From the NCBI GenBank assembly GCA_012295275.1, contig CM022669.1:6014001-6078000 (forward strand): 64,000 bases of DNA, written 5' to 3'. The position numbers and the translations under genes are program-made. Positions 38,526 through 53,900 of this stretch are shown here, one piece after another; the first letter of the stretch is position 1; the number at the start of each line of letters is the position of its first letter. The stretch comes from Chrysomallon squamiferum (lineage: Eukaryota; Animalia; Mollusca). The notes under the pieces are model-generated. The model had not been told where the DNA came from. It did not search any database and saw nothing but the letters and a program-made list of their open reading frames with translations.

Positions 38526-39796
38526 AACTTAGTTATGACGAATCGTTGACAAAACAGCCGCCTGAACAAGGCTCTGTACAGACTGGTGAGGATTTACGCT
38601 CTCAATTCAGTCAGATGATCTCGGATTACAGTATGTAAGTCACGTGCTGTTAATACATAATCCGTCCCGTTTTCTACGTTGAGTTTTTAACAATATTTTC
38701 TAAGACGACTGATACTCTGGTAATATTTGTTTTGTTTGTTTTTTTGTTCTTGCTCAGGAAATATATATTTTTGTGTGTATAATATTGATAATGACGTCTT
38801 CAAAAAAAAAACCACCAAAACAAAACAAACATTCTTAGTTATCTTTCCTTGTTATTTAATCCGTGTTTTTAGAGCTTACAACTAACTAGTTTTGGTTAAA
38901 CGGTGATTTATATTGCATCTTTTTATCTTAGTTGGCCTCGTAAAAGGGGGGGGGTGCAGTTTTGTGTTTATTCTGTTAACTGAAACAACAATTAAATAGT
39001 CACGACGTTACTATATGTCTGTCATTATATCAGCAATGACCTTTCAACAATGTTTACATTTATTGGAAAACGTTAAAGCAATATAGTCGATTCTCAACCT
39101 AAACCAGAGTAAGAGAATTTCTGAACACATGGAACGATACAGAATATTAAAGTTGCAATAGATAAAGAATTAACAGTATAACAATAATCGTGATAGTAGT
39201 AGTAATACAGTAGAGTGTTTGTATAGGCTAGAAGTTAGTAGTAGTAGGAGTAATACAGGTGGTTATAATACAGTGTAGCTCTGGTACAGATACAGTATTA
39301 CTACTAGAAATAGTTTGTTGTGCTGTATAATTAGTTTTGCTATTGTAACAGAATGAGCAGTCGTGGAAGTATATATTTTTCCTTTTTGTATAAAATATTA
39401 TAATTACGTTATTGTCAGTGTTTTTTAACTTTTTGTTTGTTTCTTTTTTTTTTTTTTTTTTTTTTTTTTGAATCCTAATTTATAATTTAATTTATTATTT
39501 ATTTTTATTATTATATAGAAATCAAAGTTATTTAAAATTACATACACTTTTATCTAGAAAATGTGTGTTATATGATCTTAACAGAAACCTTAGTTTAAAA
39601 TAGGCATTTCGAAATGTCGATTTGAAAAATGCAATCGAAAAACATAAAATATAAAACTATTTTTCTTTTCTTCTTCTTGTTATTATTATTATTATTATTA
39701 TTATTTGCATTTATTTATTTTACTTATATATTCATTTTTTATTTTATTTCTTTTAATTTTAATTTAATTCTATTTGTTTTCATTAAAGTTATTAAA

Positions 39797-40204
39797 ATGG
39801 TAATGCTCTTCAAAGTATACCGACAACTGCGTCTTCTTTACGCCGTATGGATGTTTATCGAATTCGCGCTCTTCACTGGTGTAATCTACGGATGGAGTTC
39901 GATTGTGTTCGTTTTCAAAGAAGAAGGAATTTATGCCAATTTGTGTCCCAGCAGCAACAGCAGCAAAACACCCGTTTCGAACACGTCATACACCGTTATT
40001 AATGCCGAGAATGAAAACGAAGAGAAGACAACTCGTCCTGTCTGTGTTGAACAAGGACTCCATGTTGACTCTGGCGTTCGCGATATCTTCGGCATTAACC
40101 GCGGCAAGTTCCGGAGTCACGGGTTACATTCATTATAAGTTCGGAACCACGGTCGTCCGTTTGATAGCAATGTACGATGTCATTATTGATTTCAGTAACT
40201 TAAA

Positions 40205-40237
<33 letters not shown>

Positions 40238-40605
40238 TAATAATAATATACCAAATATTAAAACAAGGCTTTTTATATTAATTTTATTTATTTTAATTTT
40301 TTAATATTTAAATATTTTTTTTTTTTTTTTTTTTTTATCATAATGTGAGAAATAATAACAATTTGAAACTTCACTTTACTCATATAATAAATAATACATC
40401 ATTGTTATTACTGAAATTTAAATTACAGGTTATTATTCTTTGTTGGTGTTCTCATGATAGCTTTTTTAACATTAGGTAAGTTGGTAACTTTAATTTTTTT
40501 TTTTTTTTTTTTTTTTTTAAGGTTTATTTTTTTAAAAAAAGTATCTTTTTCGAAAATTCTGTAATAAATATTAAATAAATATATTCAGTTCCTTTTCTAT
40601 ATCAC

Positions 40606-40642
<37 letters not shown>

Positions 40643-41156
40643 ATCGTCACCGTCATCATCATCATTATTATTGTTGTTATTATCATCATCATCATCGTCA
40701 TCGTCATCATTATCATTATTATTATCATCATCATTACCATCACCACCACCATCATCATCATCATCATTATCATAATATTATATTCAACCCTCCTATTATC
40801 TAAAAATGCAGATCCGAGGCTGATTAATTGTTTACGTTCTTTCAGAAACACCTTGGCTGGTGTTTCCTGGGTTTACCTTCACAGGCATCGGAGGTGTGAT
40901 GATGGCGATTTCAGGATATCAGGTACGTAAGTACCTGCTGCGACACAGAAACTATCATCACCTGTTTTAACACTTCTTCAGGAGTTGTCAGCAGTCATTT
41001 GTAATGCAAACACTACAAGAAAATGTTACGTATATAAGTTTATAGCTTTGTGTGTTTGCGTGTTTGTGTGTTTGTGTGTGTGTGTTAATTATATTCTATT
41101 TTTTAATGTATTCTTAGTTGTCATTATATGTTCATATAACTATTAAAGTATTAATA

Positions 41157-41202
<46 letters not shown>

Positions 41203-42017
41203 ATTAGGTATTGTTTTTCTATACACCTTTGTTAAGAAGGCGTGTGCACGCGTCCCTATTACAACAACATCTCCAGTAATTTCGAGAGTTACGATATATC
41301 TTTTATTTATTTCTATGTTTTTCTTTTAGCATAACATGAAAATGGATTCTTACTGAACCTCTTTTGGCTATTTCCCATTCCAGTCCAATTTGAAATCTAA
41401 TATTATAAAATAAGCTGATAAAAAAAAAAAAACCCACAGTGTTGTATATATGTTTGAGTGTTAACCTAGGTGTCTGTGTGTACTTGTCCAGATAGCCAAT
41501 CTCTTTGCTGCTGCTAGATCCACAGTGCTTGGGTTACTCACTGGAGCTCTCGCCACCTCGTCCATCGTGCTACTTGTTGTTAAGGTCAAAGTATATTTTT
41601 TACTATTAAATACTTTGAAAAAATATGCCTTGTCTACAAAAAATACTTTGCCTTGTCTACATACATATGCGTAGTGAACTAAGCAGTACAAGTGCACTAA
41701 ATACTTTGATATAGATATATATAACTTGTCTACATACATGTACAGTACATACATGGACAGCACATCTGTGTTTAATACTTTGAAAAATACAGCTTGACGA
41801 CATTAGATATACTGTGAAGACATATGCATGATGTGGTAGGCTGATCGCCCATGGAGTCAAAATAGCGTTGGGCAAGTCTAAACCTGATCACGTGACGCCT
41901 GCTTAGTGAAGAAAAACGTTCACATGTTGCATTATGTATCACAATACAAATGCATATGTGTATACCATTAAAAGGTTATAATTCTACTACACAAACACAT
42001 ACACCTTATCTTACACA

Positions 42018-42058
<41 letters not shown>

Positions 42059-42162
42059 ATCTTCATGCATATAAACATACACATGCATACATTCTTTTTT
42101 CTTTATCTTCATACGTTTCCTGGTTTTAAATGTTTCGTATTCCAAATTTATTTATTTATTTT

Positions 42163-42230
<68 letters not shown>

Positions 42231-42628
42231 TTAGCTGGCTTACGAACACGGTATCAGAAGACGTGATTCGATGCTGGTTATTTGTGGGTTACACGGAATG
42301 GTCGCTCTAAGCACTTTCTTTTTCCTTCCACGATCAATGATACACAAATTTGAGTCTATCACTGAGTTAAGTTTCGAGGCGGAAGACACAGAAGGAGACA
42401 AGTATGCGGGACATTTTATCGCCCAGGAGGAAGCGCCGAACTCTTCTGTAAGTGAGAAGAATGAAGTGACTGCTGGTCCGATTAAAGGAACTGACGTAAC
42501 AGATGCACAGAGTAATTTGAAATAAATTATTATTATTTTGTTTTTTTTCAATGTTTTATTATTATTATTAGTAGTAGTAGTAGTAGTAGTAGTAGTAATA
42601 GTAGTAGTAGTAGTAATAGTAGTAGTAA

Positions 42629-42660
<32 letters not shown>

Positions 42661-43231
42661 TTTTAGTGGAGTAATAGTAGAAGTAGTTATTATTAGTAGT
42701 AGTAGCAGTAGTAGTAGTAGTAGTAATAGTAGTAGTAGTAGTAGTAGTATTGTTTTAGTGGAGTAGCAGTAGAAGTAGTAGCAGTAGTAGTTGTAATCGT
42801 AGTAACAGCAGTAGTAGTTACACTGGTACTATTAGTTTCAATAACTGCAGTAGCTGTTGTTTTATTATTATAATTGTTGTTGTTGTTCTCTTTTTCGTCG
42901 TTATTTTTATGTTAGTCGTCTTACAAACATGAAAATGTTTTTATTTATTTATTTATTTATTTATGTGTTTATTCCCAGATGAAAACCGCTGCAGTCTAAT
43001 GTCAGAAAAGCGAACTTTTAAAAGTTGCCTCTTCTCTCCCGAATTCTTGCTTCACCTGTTTTGGATGTGCGTCACTCAACTTCGATGTCTGTATTTTATA
43101 CAGACCCTCAACCCGTGGCTCACTTTGATCTTCAACGGAGACAAAAATAAAGGTTAAATTTTGTTAAAACTACAACGTATATAAAATAAAAAAAGAAATA
43201 TCGTGTTGGATATATTATCTTATTTTAAACT

Positions 43232-43266
<35 letters not shown>

Positions 43267-44970
43267 TCATCATCTACCAAATTTTGCACTAAATCACACT
43301 GTCATAGTTATTACCATTTATTACATTAAGCAAGAATTGTACAACATTAAATCTAAAATTGCTGTACGTACTTTTCCGTCCGTCCATACATTGTTCAGGT
43401 GACCTACATTTTTGGACGATACTGTTTTAAATGAGGTCAAGAATTACATCCCTGTTATATACGTATTATATAGGTCTTGATTAGAAACATTATCCACGTG
43501 ACAAACTGATGGATATCGACTGATTAATAAATATAAATGATATTATGCAGCATTTCCATTTAAAATAGAAGACTTGGTTATAATTAAATTAGCAAAATCA
43601 CGGGTTAGAACTGAATATATAAAACTCCCAGCTTTTATCACCAGGAACAAGACAGTTGTTATTAAAACGCGTAAAATTCAGTGTACGGTTTCCAGAGGCG
43701 CCGGTCCCCTGTTTGAAGCATATGCAGTCACCAGCGATCGATCAAGTTAATTATTGGATTCTTCTCAAATAGGTGGAAATTACAATAAGTAATTTGATAT
43801 TCTCCTTTGCACGGTGAAAACCATCACGCTCGCGTTTCACACGATTGTTTCCCTTACTTCGTGAAACTTCGGTTATTAACACGACAGAGAGCGTTACGTG
43901 TTCTAATAACATGAGTAATATTTAAATAGCTCGGAGAGTTATTTGAACAATACAGTTTTAATATAATATAATAACACCCTCTTTTTATCTATATCTTAAA
44001 AGTATGCCTATATTTAGCTTATAAATGCACGTATAGATGTATATAATCATGTAGTTTAGAATTTTGAATATTCTCTGTCTTATGTATACGTCTGAATAGA
44101 CTGCACATAGACAGTATTCGAGAATGCACTGGCGCAGGAGGACAAACCCCGATAGATACCGCTGACGAGACTCGAACATACGGCACCCATGGTCCGAAGG
44201 CGAACGACGTTAGCGTTCGGCCAACAAGCCAACCTTAGAAAGGTTTCTCAATCATCGCTTTCCCGAATAACGCCGGTCTTTTTGTCTTTCATCATTTTTG
44301 TATGCATCTGTTTTTTGTGGGAAACCTATATATGTACGTATGTATGTATGTATGTATAATTTAAGTTCAAATGTTCTATTGACTGGTGATCAGTCACTGC
44401 AAATAATAAAGTATGTTAATAAAAGAATATGTATCCAAGGTGATTTATGGACACAATTATTTATATATTTTCTGATAAAAAAAAACTTATGACGTCACGT
44501 TTCCCTGGTAAAATATTTCATTGTAACATGTTATACATTTATTAGTGATCGATTTCACCAATGCATATATATATTACAACTGGATGACATCACTTCGTAC
44601 AATGTTATCCTACTCTCTGATCTATTTCTGTTCTGAAGAAAATTATCTACAAAATAACTGTGACAGTATATCGAACAAGAAGTGTAATGTAAGGTAAAAT
44701 TTATAGATCACATTATTTTATGTATACATTTCAGTGAGTTATTTCACCAACGTATCTCTGTACACTACGCTGGGGTCACTTGTGACGTCATTACTTGCTG
44801 GAGCTGTACATGACTGGCAGGTCAAAGTATTTTCAAGTAAGAGGCGCTAATTTCTTTTTTGTTGTGATCTATAATAACAGTAGTAGTAGTAGTAGTAGTA
44901 GTAGTAGCAACAGCAGCTCCAGTAGTAATATTAATAGTAACTAAAACAACAAAACAGCAATACTACCACC

Positions 44971-45002
<32 letters not shown>

Positions 45003-45358
45003 CAATAGATAGAATGAGTAGCATTTGGAATGGATAAAGTGGGTTTCTTCCTTCCAGTAAAATAAATAAACTAAACCAACACAATTATATAGACACACAC
45101 ACATACGCACACACGTATGTATTATTCCTGTTTCAGTGAAGAATACTGAGGTATGTCGAAAGCGGATGCCGTTTGTTTTGCCGTTGTCCCTCACGACGCT
45201 GCTCTCTGTCTGTATGTCTGTTCTGGTGTTTGTACCGTTCTCCGAGACTTTATACGCCACTTTTATCATCTTCACCTTTTTACGTTCCTTCCTGTTCGCA
45301 ATGACAATTTCCTTCATTAATGTTATGTAAGTATTATGTATTAACGTGTGTGTGTGTA

Positions 45359-45414
<56 letters not shown>

Positions 45415-46111
45415 CATATATATATATGTATTTATGTATGAGTGTATCTACGTATGTAAGTATGTACGTATTTTTCTAAGCATATGTAAATGTACATATA
45501 TATATTAGCGTATATCTACATTTGTGTGTGTATCTGCTATGTTACGTACATGTGTATGTATGCATACATGTATGTCTTATGTGTGTATGTATGTATGTAT
45601 GTACGTATTTTTCTATGTATCTGTGTACGCACGTAAGCATATGTAAGTGTGTATATATTAGCGTATATGTACATTTGTGTGTGTACCTGCCTCCTCGTAC
45701 ACGTGTACTTGCTTATGTATTTATAAACATTTGTATTTTAATCTGCTGGTTTTATTTCAGTTGTATATATTTTTATTTTTATTTTATTCAGATTCCCTAC
45801 AGAGTACTACAGTATGTTGCTTGGATCTCTTCACGTTTCAGTGGCAATCATCTCCACCCTGCAGTACCCCCTGTATGAGTGGGCAGAGTTCACCAGTTAC
45901 ACCCAGGTTTTGTAACACAAACAGATCAACAGACGCACAGTACAAACACGAGATATATTTACACTTGACACAATAGTCACACATGATGCATACACAAAGC
46001 ACATACATACATATAATACATACATACATACAACCATACATACATATAATACATACATACATACATATAATACATACATACATACATATAATACATACAT
46101 ACATACATATA

Positions 46112-46208
<97 letters not shown>

Positions 46209-46743
46209 AATACATACATACATACATACATACATATAATACATACATACGTACATACATACAAACATACGTACGTACGTACATACATATATACATTCAT
46301 TCATATATACCTATATACATACGTAGTAAACAATTACATACATACTGAAGAAAGATAATGGTGATGACGATTATTATTATTATCATCATCATCATAATCA
46401 TCAGTATCATCATTAAATTGTTGTTGTTGTTATAGTTGCTGCAGAACAAACCGTATTCCGTGTTTTTTTTGTTTTCTTTCAGGTTAACATATTTCTGCTT
46501 CTTCTTGTGCTCTTGACATTTGCTCATCCGATCTATCAGTGGCATCTTGCTCGCAAATCAGAATTGTTAATACACGAACAGGAAGGACGGAGGTGCGGAC
46601 AGCCCGACATGAATTTGACTCTGAACGAGCTGAATGATAATAAGCGTGGTACCGATTCAAGCAAAACGACTTCAGAAGTCTGGGAAGACTGTACGGATCC
46701 AAGGAAGACTACTCCAGAACGTTGTGAAGTCACAGCTTTGTGA
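39797..46743 (+). CDS. SLC43-family MFS transporter (SLC43A2/A3-like; one-base frameshift at ~40054 in this sequence)
   Basis: Exons 39797-40171, 40429-40475, 40846-40923, 41492-41584, 42235-42511, 42979-43152, 44735-44836, 45137-45326, 45792-45906, 46483-46743. Family motifs E..LF.GVIYGWSS.VFVFKEEGIY..LC, QIANLF...RSTV, SPEFLLHLFW...QLR..YFI.TLNPWL, FP.EYY and LQYPL. Multiple TM segments; AATAAA at ~46767. Confidence 0.88.
44095..44230 (-). mobile_element. tRNA-derived SINE-like element in SLC43 intron 6
   Basis: Minus strand reads GGCTTGTTGGCCGAACGCTAA (A-box-like) ... GTTCGAGTCTC (B-box); GC-rich island in an AT-rich intron; related copy at 16510-16650. Confidence 0.6.
45330..46320. repeat. 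(TG)/(TATG)/(TACA)n microsatellite tracts flanking SLC43 exon 9
   Basis: Directly visible; TATG-type tract before and CATA-type tract after exon 45792-45906. Confidence 0.9.
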
Positions 46744-46864
46744 CAATATAAAATTATATTTATTTTAATAAAGATTTGTGATAATGTCACTAATATTTAT
46801 TCACGTTACAATCCCGTTTTCGATTGTAACTTATTTTTGTATTTCAATTATTATTTGTAAATAA

Positions 46865-46903
<39 letters not shown>

Positions 46904-47558
46904 TATATAAAATGATTGTTATTTCATATTAAAGGAATATTATGTATTTTACTCGTATAATAATGTATTGTAATCTGTTATAAAATATCTATCGCTTAAA
47001 TGATGATTTGTACTTTGTCTCACCTGTTGTGAAATATATATATTTATATTTGCGTAACTGTGAGAGCGCGTGTGTTTGCGAAGCAGAATAGGAGGATGTA
47101 TTAATTATCGAAATAGTAAAAACAGGTTAATTTATAGATTCCACACAGTAATTACGTGTGCGTGTGTGCGTGCGATTTTAAAAATCAGTTATTCTGACTT
47201 ACTGATGTCCAGAACTTGAATTGTAACGATACATAAAGAAGAATTTATGAATACTTCAAACAGTAGTGGTAGATGTAGTAGTATCAGCAGTTGTATTAAG
47301 TAGATATAACGAGTAACAGTAGTTGCAGTCGTAGTAAAGAGTAGTAGTAGTAGTTAGCGAGTGTAGTAAACAATAAATGAAAATAACTGAATAATAAAGA
47401 AACATATATATGAGTTGTAAAATAAATGATTTTAAATAATTCATTAATTAATTAAACTAAAACATATTCTTTTCATAATATTTTCTGATTTATCAGAGAG
47501 AGAGTGAGTGAGAGAGATTAAAAATAAATAAACAAATAAAACTATTAATAACTGCTTC

Positions 47559-47687
47559 TGACGTCATCATTTCCACAAGTAAATAAGACAAGAACAATTG
47601 ACTGACGTCATTAACAACAAACACACAGTTGCGGCTCGGGCAGGGCAGACGTTTTGTCAAAAGATTATACAGAAAATGTCCGTAAGT
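47559..47687 (+). promoter_or_regulatory. Candidate promoter and first exon of a further plus-strand gene
   Basis: Two perfect palindromic CRE sites TGACGTCA (47559-47566, 47603-47610), a GC-richer leader, then AAAATGTCC|GTAAGT (ATG 47676, donor 47682). Confidence 0.45.
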
Positions 47688-47934
47688 TATAACATTTCAT
47701 TTCATACTTAAACTACGACTTAAAAATTCTGTATCTACGATAATGCGTTATGAATAATGACACTTAAAATTAATATAGTATTCTTCGACTATCATATTTT
47801 CACAAAACGCTTTGAAAAAGAAGAAAACAACAAACTTGTATATATTTGCGTGAAATCCAAAACTATTCATAATCTTTTCTGCCTTTCATTCTCTCTTTTC
47901 TGTATTCTGTTCTTATGAAAGAAGATGTGTGGGA

Positions 47935-50900
47935 TGGTAGGGCTGGGGTATGAGAGCAGGTAAGAGGGTGGATGAATATGTCTGTGTACATAAGAAATAA
48001 AAATGATGAGTCTATATGTGTGTCTATGAAATAATAAGTGTGGGTAAATAATGCGTATCTATGAAAAAGAAAGAGAGGATATATATTGGTATTTATAATA
48101 AAGAAAGTGGGTCGGTAGAAGTGTATTTTTGTAAGAAAGAAACAGGATAGGTATATATAGTTATGCATATGAATGAAAGTCGATATATAATTATGTGTTT
48201 GTGTGAGAAATAAAGAGGGTGGGTATAATAGTGTGTATAAAAAAGAAAGAGGGTGGGTATAATACTGTGTATAAGAAAGAAAGAGGGTGGGCATAATAGT
48301 GTGTATAAGAAATAAAGAGGGTGGGTATATTACTGTGTATAAGAAATAAAGAGGGTGGGCATAATAGTGTGTATAAGAAATAAATGGGTGTGTATGATAG
48401 TGTGTATAAGAAACAAAGAGGGTGGGCATAATACAGTGTATAAGAAAGAAAGAGGGTGGGCATAATAGTGTGTATAAGAAATAAAGAGGGTGGGTATATG
48501 TGTATATAGGAGATAAAGAGGGTTTATAAGAAATTAAAGAGGGTTGGTATATGTGTATATAGGAGATAAAGAGGGTGTATAAGAAAGAAAGAGGGTTGGT
48601 ATATGTGTATATAGGAGATAAAGAGGGTGGGTATATATTTCTATATGTATATGAAATAAAAAGGGTGGATACATATGTGTGTATAAGAAATAAAGAGGGT
48701 GGGTATAATAATGTCTACAAGAAATAAACAGGTTGGGTACATATTTGTATGTATAAGAAATAAAGAGGGTGGGCATCTGTGTGTTTAAGAAATAATGAGG
48801 GTGGATACATATTGTGCATATAAGAAATAAAGAGAGTGGGTATATTAGTGTGTATAAGAATAAAGAGGGTGGGTATATATATATCTGTGTATGAGAAAAA
48901 AAGAGGGTGGGTTGATATTGGTATGTGTAAGAAATAATGTGTATATAAGAAATAAAGATGGTGGATATATATATGTGTGTATAAGAAATAAAGATGGTGG
49001 ATATATATGTGTGTATAAGAAATAAAGAAAGGAGATATAATAGTGTTTATATAAAAGAAAGAGGATGGGCACTTATTTATGTGTATAAGAAATAAAGATG
49101 GTGGACATAATAGTGGTATAAGAAATAAAGAGGGTGGGTACTTATTTATGTGCATAAGAAAGAATGAGGGTGGGTATATCTGTATGTGTATAAGAAGTAA
49201 AATGAATAGGTATATATTTGTATCTATAAGAAATATAGAGGGGGATATATAAGTGGGTATAAGAAATAAAGCGGGTGGATATATGTGTATGCATAATAAA
49301 TAAAGAGGATCGGTATATCAGTGTTTATAAGAAATATAGAGGATATGTTTATCTGTGTGTATATAAGAAAGAAAGAGGGTGGGTATACAGTTGTATGTAT
49401 CAGAAATAAAGAGGTAGATATATATTTGTATGCATAATAAATAAAGAGGGTGGCTATAATAGTGTGTATAAGAAAGAAAGAGGATTGGTATATATATATT
49501 TGTGTGTATAAGAAATATAGAGGATATGTTTTTCGTGTGCATGTAAGAATCAGTGAGGGTGGGTATATATATGTGTGTATAAGAAATAAATAGAGTGGGT
49601 ATATTAGTGTGTTTAATAAATAAAGAGGGTGGGTATATATGTGTATATAAGAAATAAAGATTGTGGATACATATGTGTGTATAAGAAATAATGAAAGTGG
49701 GTATATCTGTGGTTATAAGAAATAAAGAGAGTGGGTATTTATTTGTATCTATAAGAAGATAATAGGTGGATATATAGCTGTATATACGAAATAAAGAGAA
49801 TTGATGTATATTTGTATGTATAAGAATAAATAGGGTGGGTACTTATTTGTATGTGTAAGAAATAATGTGTATATAAGAAATAAAGTGGGTATATATATGT
49901 TTTTATAAGAAATAAAGAGGTGGATATATATGTTTTTATAAAAAAAAATAGAGTGGTGTGTATATACAGAAATAAAAGAGGTGGATATATATGTGTGTAT
50001 AAGAAATAAAGAGGGTGGGTATATATGTGTGTATAAGAAATAAAGAGGGTGGGTATATATGTTTTTATAAAAAATAAAGAGAGTGGATATATATGTGTAT
50101 ATACGAAATAAAGAGGTGGATATATATGTGTGTATAAGAAATAAAGAGGGTGGGTATATATGTGTGTATAAGAAATAAAGAGGGTGGATATATATGTTTT
50201 TATAAAAAATAAAGAGAGTGGATATATATGTGTATATAAGAAATAAAAAGAGGTGGATATATATGTTTTTATAAAAAAAAAAAAGAGGGTGGATATATAT
50301 GTGTTTATAAGAAATAAAGAGGGTGGGTATATATGTTTTTATAAAAAATAAAGAGAGTGGATATATATGTGTATATACGAAATAAAGAGGTGGATATATA
50401 TGTGTGTATAAGAAATAATGAAAGTGGGTATAATACTGTGTATATGAAAGAAAGAGGGTGGGTATATATGTATGTGTAGAAGAAGCAGAAAGAGTGGGTA
50501 TATATATGTATTTAAGAAATATAGAGGGTGGGTATATATGTGTGTATAAGGAAGAAAGAGAATTGGTATATATATATTTGTGTGCATAAGAAATATAGAG
50601 GATATGTTTTTCGTGTGTATATAAGAAAGAATGAGGGTTGGGTATATATATGTGTGTATAAGAAATAAATAGAGTGGGTATATTAGTGTGTTTAATAAAT
50701 AAAGAGGGTGGGTATATATGTGTATATAAGAAATAAAGATTGTGGATACATATGTGTGAATATGAAATAATGAAAGCGGGTATATATTTGTGCATATAAG
50801 AAATAAAGAGGGTGGGTATCTTAGTCTGTATCAGAAAGCAAAAAGGTCGGTATATGTTTGTATATAGGAAATAAAGAGGATGGGTATATCAGTGGGTATA

Positions 50901-53900
50901 AGAAATAAAGTATATATTTGTATATGTATAAGAAATAAAAAGGGTGGGCATAATACTGTGAATAAGAAAGAAAGAGTGTCGATATATATAAAGAGAGTGG
51001 GTATCTATAAGAAGATAATAGGTGGATATATACGTGTATATACGAAATAAAGAGAATTGATGTATAAAAAAAAAAGAATTATATACTTATTTGTATGTGT
51101 AAGAAACAAAGAGAGAGGGTATATTAGTGTGTATAAGAAATAAAGAGGGTGGGTATATATCTGTGTATGAAAAATAAAGAGGGTGGGTTGATATTGGTAT
51201 GTGTAAGAAATAATGTATATATAAGAAATAAAGATGGTGGATATATATGTGTGTATAAGAAATAAAGAGAGTGGATATATATGTGTATATAAGAAATAAA
51301 GAGGTTGGATATATATAAGAAATAAAGAGGGTGGGTATATCAGTATGTATATAAGAAGTCAAAAGAATAGGTATATATTTGTATCTGTAAGAAATAAAGA
51401 GAGGGTTATATCAGTGTGTATAAGAAAGAAAGAGGGTGGTACTTATTTATGTATATAAGAAATAAAGATGGTGGGTATATCAGTGTGTATAAGAAATAAA
51501 GAGGATGGGTATATAAGTGTTTTTAAGAAATATAGAGGATATGTTTATCTGTGTGTATATAAGAAAGAAAGAGGGTGGGTATACAGTTGTATGTATCAGA
51601 AATAAAGAGGTGGATATATATTTGTATGCATAATAAATAAAGAGGGTGGCTGTAATAGTGTGTATAAGAAAGAAAGAGGGTTGGTATATATATATGTGTG
51701 TATAAGAAATAAGAAGAGTGGTTATATTAGTGTGTTTAATACATAAAGAGGTTGAGTATATATTTGTATGTGTAAGAATTAAAGAGGTTGGGTATATTAG
51801 TGTGGTTAATAAATAAAGAGGGTGGGTATATATGTGTATATAAGAAATGAAGAGGGTGGGCATATCAGTGGGTATAAGAAATAAAGAGGATGGGTATATA
51901 TTTGTATATGTATAAGAAATAAAAAGGGTGGGCATAATATTGTGAATAAGAACGAAAGAGTGTCGATATATATAAAGAGAGTGGGTAGTTATTTGTATCT
52001 ATAAGAAGATATATAGTTGTATATACGAAATAAAGAAAATTGATGTATATTTGTATGTATAAGAAATAAATAGGGTGGGTACTTATTTGTATGTGTAAGA
52101 AACAAAGAGAGTGGGTATATTAGTGTGTATAAGAAATAAAGATGGGGGGTATAGATGTACGTATAAAACATAAGAGGGTAGGTTTATATTTGTATGTGTA
52201 AGAAATAAAGAAAGTGGATATATATGTGTATATACGAAATAAATAGGGTGGGTATATATGTTTTTATAAGAAATAAAGAGGTTGGACATATATGTGTGTA
52301 TAAGAAATAATGAAAGTGGGTATAATAGTGTGTATATGAAAGAAAAAGGGTGGGTATATATGTATGTGTAGAAAAATAAAAAGAGTGGGTTTATATATTA
52401 GTAAAAATATGTATAAGAAATAAAAGATGGTTGGGGTATATATGTTTTATAAAAAAAAAAAAAGAGGGTGGGTATATATGTGTTTTATAAAAAAAAAAAG
52501 AGGATGGGTATATATGTGTGTATAAGAAAAAAAAATGAGGGTGGGTATATATGTGAATATATAAAATAAAAAATGGTTGGTATATGTTTGTATCTATAAG
52601 AAATAAAAAAGAGGGGGTATATCAGTGTGTATATAAAAAGAAAGAGGGATGGGTACTTATTTATGTGTATAAGAAATAAAAGATTGGGTATATCTGTATG
52701 TATAAAAAAAAAAAAGAGGGTGGATATATATGTATATGCATAAGAAATAAAGATGGATCGGTATCTCAGTGTTTTTTTAAGAAATATAGAGGATATGTTT
52801 ATCTGTGTATTATATAAAAAATAAAAGAGGGTGGATACATAGTGTGTATAAGAAATAAATAAAAGAGGATGGATATATATTTTTATAAAAGGGTTGGTAT
52901 ATATATTTGTGTGTATAAGAACTAAAAAAGAGTGGGTATATATATATATATATGAAATATATATATTTATGTGTATAAGAAAAAAAGAGGGTGGATATAA
53001 TTATGTGTATAAGAAAGAAAGAGGATTGATATATATATTTGTGTGCATATAAGAATCAGTGAGGGTGGGTATATATATGTGTGTATAAGAAATAAATAGA
53101 GTGGGTATATTATTGTGTTTAATAAATAAAGAGGTTGGGTATATATTTCTAAGTGTAAGAATTAAAGAGGGTGGGTATATTAGTGTGGTTAATAAATAAA
53201 GAGGGTGGGTATATATGGGTATATATGTATATATATGTGTATATAAGAAATAAAGAGTGTGGATACATATGTGTGTATAAGAAATAATGAAAGCGGGTAT
53301 ATATTTGTGCATATAAGAAATGAAGAGGGTGGGTATATCAGTGGGTATAAGAAATAAAGAGGATGGGTATATATTTGTATATGTATAATAAGTGTCGATA
53401 TATATAAAGAGAGTGGGTATTTGTATCTATGAAGATAATAGGTGGATATATAGCTGTATATACAAAATAAAGAGAATTGATGTATATTTGTATGTATAAG
53501 AAACAAAGAGGGTGGGTATAGATGTACGTATAAAAAATAAGAGGGTGTGTTTATATTTGTATGTGTAAGAAACAATGTGTGTATAAGAAATAAAGAGAGT
53601 GGATATATATGTGTATATATGAAATAAATAGGGTGGGTATATATATGTTTTTATAAGAAATAAAGAGGGTGGATATATACGTGTGTATAAGAAATAATGA
53701 AAGTGGATATAATAGTGTGTATATGAAAGAATGAGGGTTGGTATATCTGTATGTGTATAAGAAGTAAAAAGAATAAGTATATATTTGTATCTATAAGAAA
53801 CAAAGAGGGGGTTATATCAGTGTGTATAAGAAAGAAAGAGGGTGGGTATATATTTGTATGCATAATAAATAAAGAGGGTGGCTATAATAGTGTGTATAAG

